Of a stretch of DNA of 64,000 nt, positions 37,251-45,708 are shown piece after piece. The DNA is taken from the IMG/VR virus record IMGVR_UViG_2974766419_000001, positions 8,659 to 72,658 of that record, one strand, 5' to 3'. Under the pieces are notes generated by a model, which was not told the DNA's origin, made no database searches, and saw only the letters and a list, made by a program, of their open reading frames with translations. This DNA is from a virus. Lineage: Duplodnaviria; Caudoviricetes. The stretch's first letter is position 1. Every line of letters begins with the position of its first letter. Position numbers and translations under genes: made by a program.

Positions 37251-37727
37251 ATGCCGGAGCGTCCAGCAAACCCGGGACCTGTCCCGCCGAATATCCATCT
37301 GATCACTCCCGCGCCATCAGAGGATGGCGGAGTGCTGCGTGAATCCGGTCTGATCACGGTTGTAGCTGCAATGATGAGTGTCGTGACGCTCGTCCTTGTG
37401 GTGGCCCTGCTGTTCTGGGCTGACTCGATCACGAGCACGCAGTGGAAGTATCTGTTCACATTCCCCGGGGGTGAGTTCAGTTGGGCAGCAGTGTTCGGAA
37501 CAGCCGCAGTACTGATGATCTCGGGGTTGGCCACCCGCCGACATCGCGTGACAGCGTTGGGCCACGCGGTTCTCGGCGTGGCTGCGGGCGTGATCGCCGT
37601 GTTCTACGCAGTGGCCCCGGCGCTCGAAGAGACGATGGTCACCTTCGGTTGGTATCCGTGGCTCCTGGTGTTGATCCCATCGGCGTTCGGAACAGTCATC
37701 TACTGGAGGCCGGTGCGATGGTCCTGA
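37251..37727 (+). CDS. membrane protein (about 4 TM)
   Basis: Four long hydrophobic stretches. Confidence 0.75.
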   Translation: MPERPANPGPVPPNIHLITPAPSEDGGVLRESGLITVVAAMMSVVTLVLVVALLFWADSITSTQWKYLFTFPGGEFSWAAVFGTAAVLMISGLATRRHRVTALGHAVLGVAAGVIAVFYAVAPALEETMVTFGWYPWLLVLIPSAFGTVIYWRPVRWS

Positions 37728-38215
37728 TCAGAAAGTTCGCGTCGAAGGTCGACAGATTCCTCGCGCACCACCTGGACAGCGAGGCGGTCACCCTGTTTCA
37801 GGTGATCGTCTACCTTCACATGGCGGGCGCGGCGCTGTACGGCCTGTTTGTGGCGGGCGGTATCCCACCGGGCCTATCGGCGGCGGTGCCACGAGACGAC
37901 AACGCGGTCGAGACGGCGTGGCTGATACTGCTGATGCTGGGGGTGCTGGCCGTCATCGGCCGGGGATTGGTGGCGTCGCGGTACGCCGGCAACCGCGCGT
38001 CGATTTACACGTGCGGCGCGTGGCTGCAATTCACCGGCGATCTGTCGATGGCCTGGGGTTTCGCTTGGTACGTTTTGGCGTCATGGGGGAACTCATACTG
38101 GGGTAAGGAATCCATCGCAGCGTTCGGATTTGCCGCCTACGCCTGGTGCGCATTCTTCCTGGTCATACGTGACATCCGAAGGATCATGCAGGCAGAGAGA
38201 GCCGTACGGGGATGA
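37718..38215 (+). CDS. membrane protein (about 4 TM)
   Basis: MVLIRKF start, multiple hydrophobic stretches. Confidence 0.75.
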   Translation: MVLIRKFASKVDRFLAHHLDSEAVTLFQVIVYLHMAGAALYGLFVAGGIPPGLSAAVPRDDNAVETAWLILLMLGVLAVIGRGLVASRYAGNRASIYTCGAWLQFTGDLSMAWGFAWYVLASWGNSYWGKESIAAFGFAAYAWCAFFLVIRDIRRIMQAERAVRG

Positions 38216-38652
38216 GCGTGTTGGCCGAAGCGGCGACGCAGCCCACCGGGGTCACCCCGGCGGTCGCCACCATCATCGTCGCCGTGGTCACCGTGCTGGG
38301 CGGTGTGGTTGGTGCCATCGTTTCGTACTGGCTGAACCGGAACAACAACTCGGCGGACACCGCGGAGAAGATCAGCCGGGCCTGGGTTCCGGTGTTCACC
38401 CAGTACGACACTGCGTTGGAGCAGGTGCAGAAGCAGTGCGACGCCTGCCGCAAGGAGCTGAATGAGGCCGCGGAGCGGTGGCGTGTGGCCGAGGAGCGAG
38501 CCACTGACTACGAGCGGCGGTTGACGGCCGCCGAACAGCGCGAGCGTACGCAGACCGAGGTGCTGCGTACGCTCGTGCGGGTGTATGACGCGAACGATCC
38601 GACAGAGATTGAAGCGGCGATCACGCAGATTCGCCAGATGCTCCGTGGTTGA
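38212..38652 (+). CDS. membrane-anchored coiled-coil protein
   Basis: One TM followed by a charged heptad region. Confidence 0.75.
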   Translation: MSVLAEAATQPTGVTPAVATIIVAVVTVLGGVVGAIVSYWLNRNNNSADTAEKISRAWVPVFTQYDTALEQVQKQCDACRKELNEAAERWRVAEERATDYERRLTAAEQRERTQTEVLRTLVRVYDANDPTEIEAAITQIRQMLRG

Positions 38653-39028
38653 AGGGGTCCTCGTACTCGACGGTGACGTTGAGGCCGCTGGATCGCAGCG
38701 CGTAGACCACTCGGTAGGTGAGCGCGCGGTGCCAGGTGGCGGGCAGGGTGTTCGGAAACCGAACAGCTTGGTGGTCGGTGCGTTCGGTGCGGATGACGGC
38801 CCCCAGCGGGCCGTGCTCGGCGTTGGTGACGAGCCGGTGCATCTCTTCTTCGGTGACCTGGGTGATGCGGTCGATTTCGGCCGCGGCTTTGGCGGGGACT
38901 TCGGGTAGGTCGAACCAGCGGATGATGGTGCGGGATGCCACGCCGAGTCGTTCTGCCAGCCACACGGGCGTAAGCCCAAGGCCCGTCAGTTGGACCTTGA
39001 GCTCCGCACCAGTCATCATGTCACTCAT
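38621..39028 (-). CDS. helix-turn-helix DNA-binding protein
   Basis: MTGAELKVQLTGLGLTPVWLAERLGVASRTIIRW. Confidence 0.75.
   Translation of the reverse strand: MSDMMTGAELKVQLTGLGLTPVWLAERLGVASRTIIRWFDLPEVPAKAAAEIDRITQVTEEEMHRLVTNAEHGPLGAVIRTERTDHQAVRFPNTLPATWHRALTYRVVYALRSSGLNVTVEYEDPFNHGASGESA
38749..38765. repeat. 17-bp palindrome
   Basis: TGTTCGG-AAA-CCGAACA, inside the HTH gene. Confidence 0.95.
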
Positions 39029-39106
39029 GGTGACAGCTTAGCATCTATGTCGATGGTCATGACAAACCCTCTCCTCTGTCGCTGCAGATGGCGCACATCT
39101 TGGTGC

Positions 39107-39340
39107 TCATGCCTGAAACCTCCTAACCCGGTCCAGCTCGATGATGAGGCCATCGACGCGCATCACATCGAAACCGAACCCGTGCAGCGTGCCAGTGAGC
39201 ACGCGCCCGTCGTCGAGCGTGACCTCCACGGGGCTGTACGGCCCATCGTCGGTGATGTCCTGGATTGCCCGCCGAAGGATGATGTCGAACGTGCCGACCC
39301 AGCCGTCGCCCGAGCTACGCAGGTCCAGGTCGTAGCTCAT
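39107..39340 (-). CDS. hypothetical protein
   Basis: MSYDLDLRSS..., ATGA-coupled. Confidence 0.7.
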   Translation of the reverse strand: MSYDLDLRSSGDGWVGTFDIILRRAIQDITDDGPYSPVEVTLDDGRVLTGTLHGFGFDVMRVDGLIIELDRVRRFQA

Positions 39341-39714
39341 GCCGGCACCACCCCGGCTGGCCCGATGTGGCCCGGCTCGTCGGGCAGCACCGTCTCCGGC
39401 GTGACGCGGTACGTCTCGATGCCCGTGTCGAACACCGGCCGCCAGTAGCCGCCTGTGCAGTTCCAGCGGTAGCAGGACACCGGCACGTAGAACGCGTCGC
39501 CGTAGAAGTTGCGGGCACGGTTCCAGCTGCCGTCGGCCTGAATCGGCCCGTCGCACAGGGTGCGGGTGACGAAGCGCATCGCCTCGCCGCGCCACCACAG
39601 CTGTTGCTGGCAGTTGGGCGGTGTCGCGTTGGCCTTGGGCACGCCTGCCAGCACGATGGCCGCGCCGATCAGCGCGCCGACAACGACGAACGCCAGCTTC
39701 TGTTTGATGGTCAT
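39337..39714 (-). CDS. secreted protein with CDGP motif
   Basis: Signal peptide ending ANA-TPP, paired Cys, LCDGPI. Confidence 0.75.
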   Translation of the reverse strand: MTIKQKLAFVVVGALIGAAIVLAGVPKANATPPNCQQQLWWRGEAMRFVTRTLCDGPIQADGSWNRARNFYGDAFYVPVSCYRWNCTGGYWRPVFDTGIETYRVTPETVLPDEPGHIGPAGVVPA

Positions 39715-39742
39715 GGTTCTCTCTCCTTCTCTTAGGTGGGGG

Positions 39743-39759
39743 TGTTCGGTTTCCGAACA
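39743..39759. repeat. 17-bp palindrome
   Basis: TGTTCGG-TTT-CCGAACA. Confidence 0.95.
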
Positions 39760-39762
39760 GAG

Positions 39763-40194
39763 TTACCTGCCCGCCTCCTCCAGTCTGATGCGGGCCTTGC
39801 TGATCCAGTTCCGCGCGTCGTGCTCATCGACGCAGTGCAGGTCGTTGAACATCGGAATGCTGATCGGCTTGCTATACAGCTCCTGCGCCACCTCCTCCAG
39901 CGCGCGGCTGGCTTCGGCGGTGATGACCGCTGGCGTCCGCGTGGCCATCGCGGCCGAACGCAGCGCCATCAATGCGCACACCTCGCCCGCCTTGGCGGTC
40001 TCTCTCTCCTGCGCCCAGCCGTGCTCATCGAGGTACTGCTCGGCCGCGGCCAGCAGCTCCGACGGCAGCAGTGTGTCGTCCTCGGTGTATTGCTCGCAGT
40101 CGCAGTGCCGACAGCTGGTGAGCACTTCCTCCCCGTCGAGGGTTTCGGCGATCCAGTGGTCGACGGCGCGATGACTGCAGGTGCAAGACCTCAT
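39763..40194 (-). CDS. hypothetical protein
   Basis: 143 aa, N-terminal CTCSH...CRHCDC. Confidence 0.7.
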   Translation of the reverse strand: MRSCTCSHRAVDHWIAETLDGEEVLTSCRHCDCEQYTEDDTLLPSELLAAAEQYLDEHGWAQERETAKAGEVCALMALRSAAMATRTPAVITAEASRALEEVAQELYSKPISIPMFNDLHCVDEHDARNWISKARIRLEEAGR

Positions 40195-40239
40195 GAACGC
40201 CTCGATCTCGTCGTGGTTCTGCGGCCACCTCGAGTCATG

Positions 40240-40671
40240 TCATGCCCCTTTCTTGGTCCACGGGGTGCGGACCTGTGTCATGCTGCGCTTCTTCGACACG
40301 TCGACGTAGCCCTGCTCCAAGATGCCCACCTCGGCCATCACGTCGAGCAGCTTGCAGTAGTTTTCCCAGCTCATCGGCTTGTCGATGTACAGGTGATAGT
40401 GCCCGTATGTGCTGGACCGCAGCAACATCGCATCCATGTCCAGGTCAAGAATCGGGATGTGTAGGTCACTGTCGCGCTGCTTGCTGCACACCACGTTCGC
40501 GTCGGTCAGCGCTGTCGGTGTCAGGTCCTCCGGCGCGACCGGCCCGCCACTGCCGCCACCCAGCTCCGTCCGCCCGCACACCTGGCCTCGGCAGAACTTC
40601 ATGAACCGATCGAACGGAAGGACCAGATCGCGAAAGAACCGCCGCGGCGGGGCCTCCCACTTCACCGTCAC
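40240..40671 (-). CDS. hypothetical protein with AEP-like motifs
   Basis: GTGA-coupled. ILDLD...SSTYGHYHLY. Confidence 0.7.
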   Translation of the reverse strand: MTVKWEAPPRRFFRDLVLPFDRFMKFCRGQVCGRTELGGGSGGPVAPEDLTPTALTDANVVCSKQRDSDLHIPILDLDMDAMLLRSSTYGHYHLYIDKPMSWENYCKLLDVMAEVGILEQGYVDVSKKRSMTQVRTPWTKKGA

Positions 40672-41393
40672 GCGTCCTCTACCTCCTTGTCGACCACATG
40701 CTCGGGGAAGCACACGATCTCCTGCTCGTCACGGCTCGTGATGTAAGCGATGACGTGCTCCTTGGCGACGAACCCCGCGATGATCCGCCCCGGAGGGTCA
40801 CCGTCCTCACGCAGACGGGTGGCGAACCACCGGGCGCGGGCCTTGTCCAGCGTCCAGCTGAACCCGTCTGCGCCATCGTCGTGGCAGTAGCCGCGATACA
40901 CCCGCGTCATCGGCAGCAACCCACCCGTCTCCGGCGGGCGAGTAAACACGCACCGCACCTCGGGGGTGGACATCATCTCGCGGTCAGCGAGGTCGGCCGA
41001 CAACAGCATGCGCCACAGGTCCATGTGCTGCCACGCGTTCTCGGTGTCCGACCACACTCGACCCAGCAGCTCCCAGTAGTCGGGGCCATCCAGACGCCAC
41101 ATGATGCGGCTGAACGCCTCGATGCGATGCGGTCGCTCATGCAGCCACACATAGGACTGCCACTGCGCCGCCTTGACCGCGGTCGCGATGGCCTCCTGCT
41201 TCTGCGCGTACTGGCGGTTGACCAGCGCGTTCAGCTGCGGGGTGTGGATGATGCTGTACACCAGCGGATGTTTCAAGCAGGTGCCGAACGGGCCGTCGTC
41301 TTCCAGCCACGGCTGAAGGTCAGGGTGCAGCTCCTCCTCGGTGGCGAAAATCTGCTCCAGCGTTTCCAGCTGGGCTTTCATGTGGCCATCCAT
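40668..41393 (-). CDS. putative ADP-ribosyltransferase-like protein
   Basis: VYRG, FSWT and EQEIV appear in R-S-ExE order. Confidence 0.55.
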   Translation of the reverse strand: MDGHMKAQLETLEQIFATEEELHPDLQPWLEDDGPFGTCLKHPLVYSIIHTPQLNALVNRQYAQKQEAIATAVKAAQWQSYVWLHERPHRIEAFSRIMWRLDGPDYWELLGRVWSDTENAWQHMDLWRMLLSADLADREMMSTPEVRCVFTRPPETGGLLPMTRVYRGYCHDDGADGFSWTLDKARARWFATRLREDGDPPGRIIAGFVAKEHVIAYITSRDEQEIVCFPEHVVDKEVEDA

Positions 41394-41419
41394 CGTGGCC
41401 TCCTCTCCCTCTCGTGGGC

Positions 41420-41436
41420 TGTTCAGTTTCCGAACA
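41420..41436. repeat. 17-bp palindrome, variant
   Basis: TGTTCAG-TTT-CCGAACA. Confidence 0.85.
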
Positions 41437-41437
41437 G

Positions 41438-42073
41438 TCAGTTCATCAGCGGGCTGCCGGGGCCGATTTCGCCGCGGCGTATCTTGCCGATCGTTTCGGC
41501 CATCATTGTCAAGATTCGCTGGGTGTCCTCAAGGTTGTCGCTGTTCAGTGCCTTATCCACGACGTCGCAGAACACCTTGGGCAGCCTCGGCGCGAGCCGC
41601 AGGCCAAACTTCATCGCTGACACGAACCGGCCGGCAGCCTCGGAGCCATCCATCTCCTCCCACAGCCCGACGCCGACCAGGTTGTTTTCGCGGATGACGT
41701 TGGCGATGTGAGCCTCCGTCGTGTTGCCCAGGTTTCTTGTCGCCGTCAGGACGATGGCCTCCTTGCGGTCGGGATGCTCCGATGGTGCCGCTGCGAGATT
41801 GAAGGCTTCCTCCTGGCTGTCGCAGGTCACCATCCAGCACACGCTGGCGAACAGGACCGCAACGGCGCGGTGCGCCAGGCACAGCGCGGCCATCATGTCG
41901 GCCATCATGTCCCTGGCTTCGTCACCCTTGCTGCTGGCCCGAAGCATGGCGATCATGACTTCACCCTTGGAATTCTCCAGGGCCAGGAACGGGGGGAAGT
42001 CGTCGTCGCCGGTGAGGTCGGCCATAACCTGCTCGATGTACTTCTGTGCGTCGGCAATTAGTGTGCTCATCAA
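41438..42073 (-). CDS. hypothetical protein
   Basis: 211-aa ORF with RBS AGGAGGA. Confidence 0.75.
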   Translation of the reverse strand: MMSTLIADAQKYIEQVMADLTGDDDFPPFLALENSKGEVMIAMLRASSKGDEARDMMADMMAALCLAHRAVAVLFASVCWMVTCDSQEEAFNLAAAPSEHPDRKEAIVLTATRNLGNTTEAHIANVIRENNLVGVGLWEEMDGSEAAGRFVSAMKFGLRLAPRLPKVFCDVVDKALNSDNLEDTQRILTMMAETIGKIRRGEIGPGSPLMN

Positions 42074-42185
42074 ATCCTCCTGTATTGTCGAAGGTGCCCT
42101 CGTGGCGATCCTTCTCTTTTCGTGGGGAAAAGAAAGGTGGTGCGGCCCCAGCCCTGATCTGCGTCAGGACCGGGGCCGCACACTT

Positions 42186-43229
42186 CTATCCGGCCACCCG
42201 CACCGGCATGATCAGATGCAGGTCCGACTCGCTGACATCCTGGAACACCACCGGCCTGTTGCCCGCCGATCCGGCCATCAGCAACGTCCCGGTGTCGATA
42301 CCGCGCAGCGCCTCGTTGAGGTACTTCGACCGCATCCGCACCACCAGCGGGCCATCCAGCTCATGCTTGATGATGTTCAGCGGCTTGAGTGTCCGCTCCA
42401 CCTCGACACCATCGCTGTGCGAGGTCACCCTGATCGCGTCAGGGGCGACGCTGATCGTCACCTCATCGCCACCGGCCGCGTCGAGCAGATCCCTGCGCGA
42501 CAGGGCCACCTGCACCGGCGGGTCCTTCGGGATCAGGTGCTGCCACTTGAACAGGTCCTGCTGCGGCATCGGCGCGAGCACCGTGCGCCCAGCCGACGAC
42601 AGCTCGATCCAGTCCGCGTCGCCCACCTTGCCCGGCTCCACGTACACGACACCCTGAGACTTCGACATCGCCTTGAGCGCCGCGGTCGGTGCCACCGCCC
42701 TGAACTCGGACGGGCCGTAGTTGATCCGCGACAACCGGAACCGATCGGTGGTCACCATCTGCCCGGCGTCGAACGACACCACCATGAACTGCGGCATCGA
42801 CTCGTCGGTGCCCGCGGAGGTCAGCACCTGGGTCAACTGTGGCGTACCAATGATGGCCTGATCGGCGGTCGACTCGAACTCTGGCCAGATCGGATACTCC
42901 ACGTTGGCGGCACGCACCTTCACCGTGGCGTCGCTGGACTTGATGATCAGTTCGTCGTCGTTGACGGTGAGCACCAGCATCCCGCTCACCGACTTCAGGC
43001 CGGCCAGCAGCTTGCCCGCCTCGACCAGCACCGTGGCCTGAGCGGCACCCTCCACCGGAATCACCGACTCCTGGAACAGGTCCATGTTGGTGCGACGCAG
43101 CACCAACGCGCCAACCAGGGCGGTCACCCTGATCAGTGCCGACGCCGGGGCGGCCCCGGTCGACATCTTGGCCAGCCACGCCACCTCGGGGGTGAGCACG
43201 CCATCGCGGACTTTCAGCTCTCTACTCAT
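42186..43229 (-). CDS. dnaN: DNA polymerase III beta sliding clamp
   Basis: LRRTNMD, MVTTDRFRLS, RSKYLNEALRGI, HLIMPVR C-terminus. Confidence 0.88.
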   Translation of the reverse strand: MSRELKVRDGVLTPEVAWLAKMSTGAAPASALIRVTALVGALVLRRTNMDLFQESVIPVEGAAQATVLVEAGKLLAGLKSVSGMLVLTVNDDELIIKSSDATVKVRAANVEYPIWPEFESTADQAIIGTPQLTQVLTSAGTDESMPQFMVVSFDAGQMVTTDRFRLSRINYGPSEFRAVAPTAALKAMSKSQGVVYVEPGKVGDADWIELSSAGRTVLAPMPQQDLFKWQHLIPKDPPVQVALSRRDLLDAAGGDEVTISVAPDAIRVTSHSDGVEVERTLKPLNIIKHELDGPLVVRMRSKYLNEALRGIDTGTLLMAGSAGNRPVVFQDVSESDLHLIMPVRVAG

Positions 43230-43263
43230 TTTCCTTCTCTCTTCTCTTGTGGGGAAACGGGGG

Positions 43264-43280
43264 TGTTCGGGATTCGAACA
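43264..43280. repeat. 17-bp palindrome, variant
   Basis: TGTTCGG-GAT-TCGAACA. Confidence 0.8.
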
Positions 43281-43353
43281 CCTGGACCAGGGGCGTCGCC
43301 ACGTCACGGGAAGACGCGTCCCCCGCAGCGTGGCACTACACCCGAACATGACC

Positions 43354-44319
43354 TCAGCGCGCACCGGCGATGATCGGCGACGGATCGTACTGGTGGCAGT
43401 CGGAGGTCTGCCTGCACTTGTCGCGCAGGTAGGCGTCGACGGCCTCCGGCCCGGTGCCGTAGCCGGCAATCTCGGCTTGCCGAACTTCGGCCTTCTTCAG
43501 CTCGGTGAGCCTCTGTTGTATGGCCGCGGCTTCCTCAGCCTTGGCCGCTTCCTCCTTGGCCTTCGCCTCGGAGGTCAGCCTGATCCGCTCAGCTTCGGCC
43601 GCGGCCTGGTTGACCTGGATCTGCTCGGCGTTGGCCCGCAGCTGCTCGTTGGTCGGGTATGGCTTGCCGACCTGGACGACGAAGTTGTTGAAGTACTCCT
43701 TGCCGCCGGTGCGCATCGCGGTCTGCTTCGGCAGCTGCTCCGAGAGCGTCTTGACGTACTCACTGCGGATCACGTCGTCGTTCCAGATTCGCTGCCATGG
43801 ATACTTCTGCGTGACCACGATGACGGCCTGCTCGGCGGGCTGGCTGATGACGCGGGTCAGCAGCTTCTCCCAGCCCTCGGTCGGGTTGCCGTCGCCGTCC
43901 AGCCAGCCGCCGTCCTGCGTGGCGTACTGCCTGAAGAACTCCTTGAGGTCGTCGCAGTTGGTCGTCATGTCGAACGTGATGGTCACCGGAATGGCCATCT
44001 CCGCTTGGCCGGTGCTGAAGTTCGGGTCAGGCTCGTCACCGGCCTTCAGCGGCGCGCTGGCCGGTTTGGACAACGCGGTGTACGGCCCCCGCTCTGCGCC
44101 CGGGTCGTTGTTGGCGTCCCAGGTGATGGCCCGCGCCGGGAAGCGGTACCAGTCGGTGCCGATGTCGGAGACCATCGACTCCTCGACGGCGCACTTCGAC
44201 ACCGTGGGCGCGCCCCAGCTGTCCTTGCCGACGGCCTGCTGACCCGGCCCAATATGGGCACAGGCCGTCAGTCCGGCGGCGGCCAGCGCGGTGACGACGA
44301 CGAGAGGTGTTCTCTTCAC
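43354..44319 (-). CDS. SPFH/band-7-like lipoprotein
   Basis: Lipobox-like LTAC, HIGPGQQAV, C-terminal Ala/Glu coiled coil. Confidence 0.75.
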   Translation of the reverse strand: MKRTPLVVVTALAAAGLTACAHIGPGQQAVGKDSWGAPTVSKCAVEESMVSDIGTDWYRFPARAITWDANNDPGAERGPYTALSKPASAPLKAGDEPDPNFSTGQAEMAIPVTITFDMTTNCDDLKEFFRQYATQDGGWLDGDGNPTEGWEKLLTRVISQPAEQAVIVVTQKYPWQRIWNDDVIRSEYVKTLSEQLPKQTAMRTGGKEYFNNFVVQVGKPYPTNEQLRANAEQIQVNQAAAEAERIRLTSEAKAKEEAAKAEEAAAIQQRLTELKKAEVRQAEIAGYGTGPEAVDAYLRDKCRQTSDCHQYDPSPIIAGAR

Positions 44320-44582
44320 AGGGGGAATTCCTTCTTCTCGATGATGGGGTTGTTGAGCTGCCGGTGCAGCAGCTCCTCCTGGTAGGCGGCACGTTCCCGC
44401 TCCAGAAGTTCTCGGGCGTAGGTGCGGCGGTCCTCGTCGGACAGCCACACCATCGGGTCCTCGACGCCTGCGAGGGTTTTCTCCAGTCGGGCCACCTTGC
44501 CTCGAAGCGCGCCGATGTAGGTGACCAGGATGGAGATCACGATCATGCCGACAGGGAGGGTGGCCAGGAGTACGTACTTCAT
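44316..44582 (-). CDS. membrane protein
   Basis: N-terminal TM and charged tail. Confidence 0.7.
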   Translation of the reverse strand: MKYVLLATLPVGMIVISILVTYIGALRGKVARLEKTLAGVEDPMVWLSDEDRRTYARELLERERAAYQEELLHRQLNNPIIEKKEFPL

Positions 44583-44755
44583 CGGGTCGCCTCCCGGCTG
44601 GCGTCGACCAGCTCGATGGTGGCTCTAGTGACGCCGTAGTAGCGGGCCAGTTGCCGCGCCCGCTTGAGGTAGTCGCCACCTCGTACCTTGGCCAGCTCGT
44701 GTCGGATGCGGGCACGCTGCCCTTGGCTCAGGTGCTGGAACTTGGCGTTGGACAT
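44579..44755 (-). CDS. small basic HTH-like protein (58 aa)
   Basis: Hand translation MSNAKFQHLSQGQRARIR...ARQLARYYGVTRATIELV. Confidence 0.65.
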   Translation of the reverse strand: MSNAKFQHLSQGQRARIRHELAKVRGGDYLKRARQLARYYGVTRATIELVDASREATR

Positions 44756-44777
44756 TCTCTCTCTCCTTCTGTCAGGG

Positions 44778-44794
44778 TGTTCGGTTTCCGAACA
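44778..44794. repeat. 17-bp palindrome
   Basis: TGTTCGG-TTT-CCGAACA. Confidence 0.95.
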
Positions 44795-44795
44795 C

Positions 44796-45074
44796 TCAGT
44801 CGTTTCTGGCGATCTGGATCAGGCGCAGCGCCGCGGCGAACGCCGACGCCATCAGGTCCAGCCGGACCTCCAGCGACCGCTCGTTGCCGTCGGCGCCGAG
44901 CCGCTGCGACTCGACCAGCTCGTAGGCAATCTTGGACAGGCTGTAGTCGGTCGGCATAGTGTCGGCCATCTTCTGCACCACGGTGAGCAGCAGCGTGTCG
45001 CGGTCCATGCAGCGGCAGGTCTGCCCACCCTCGCTGGCCGGGCAGTCGGGTTGATGCTGAATCCCGTCGCTCAC
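44796..45074 (-). CDS. hypothetical protein
   Basis: GTGA-coupled MSDGIQHQPDC. Confidence 0.65.
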   Translation of the reverse strand: MSDGIQHQPDCPASEGGQTCRCMDRDTLLLTVVQKMADTMPTDYSLSKIAYELVESQRLGADGNERSLEVRLDLMASAFAAALRLIQIARND

Positions 45075-45385
45075 CAGGTCACCGCCACCATGCGACGCAG
45101 CCATCCGACCAGCACGCGGCCACGGCGCACCTCCACACGCGGTCGCCACCACGTCGGCTTGCCCGATGACCTGTGTAGAAACACCTCTCGGCCGAACCAC
45201 CGCGTTCTCCTGACGGAGTACCTACCCTGCTCGGTCAGGTACATCGTCACCTTCTCACGCGCCAGCTGCACCTCCTCGTCGGTGAACCCGCCGGGGTCCT
45301 GCGCCCAGAACGTGGCCCTGCCGGACCCGTCTGGCGTAGTGACGACAAGCTTTCGCCGGTCGTCACTCAGCGTGACACTGTTCAT
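45071..45385 (-). CDS. hypothetical protein
   Basis: 104-aa coupled ORF. Confidence 0.65.
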   Translation of the reverse strand: MNSVTLSDDRRKLVVTTPDGSGRATFWAQDPGGFTDEEVQLAREKVTMYLTEQGRYSVRRTRWFGREVFLHRSSGKPTWWRPRVEVRRGRVLVGWLRRMVAVTW

Positions 45386-45693
45386 CTCTCACCTTTCTTC
45401 GTGGTGGTGGGCTGCACCGCGGCCAGGGCATCCCAGTGCCGCAGTGCGAACCCGACGTGCGAGCGGGCGCTCATCACGCCGTAGTAGGACCGGCCGATGG
45501 CCAGCGCGATGTCCAGGGTGGTTTCGTCGGCGGCGATGCCTTGGGCCAGGCGGGCCACCTCGTCGTCCTCCCACGGCAGCCCCTGCCGGTGCGCCTTGCG
45601 CAGGGTGCGCGCCTGGTTGCGGGCCGACGGCGACTTGCCGCCCACCCGGCGGCGAGGCTCGGCCTGGATCGACACCACTTTGCTGCGTGCCAT
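45382..45693 (-). CDS. HTH (Myb/SANT-like) DNA-binding protein
   Basis: WEDDEVARL...TTLDIALAIGRSYYGVMSAR. Confidence 0.65.
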   Translation of the reverse strand: MARSKVVSIQAEPRRRVGGKSPSARNQARTLRKAHRQGLPWEDDEVARLAQGIAADETTLDIALAIGRSYYGVMSARSHVGFALRHWDALAAVQPTTTKKGER

Positions 45694-45708
45694 GCTCTAC
45701 CCCTCCTC

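Noticed and set aside
37492-37694. TGTTCGGAACA (37492-37502) and GTTCGGAACA (37685-37694) collapsed look-alikes
   Set aside because: They lack the 3-bp spacer and a full second half-site and encode ordinary VFGT in a membrane protein, so they are not counted.
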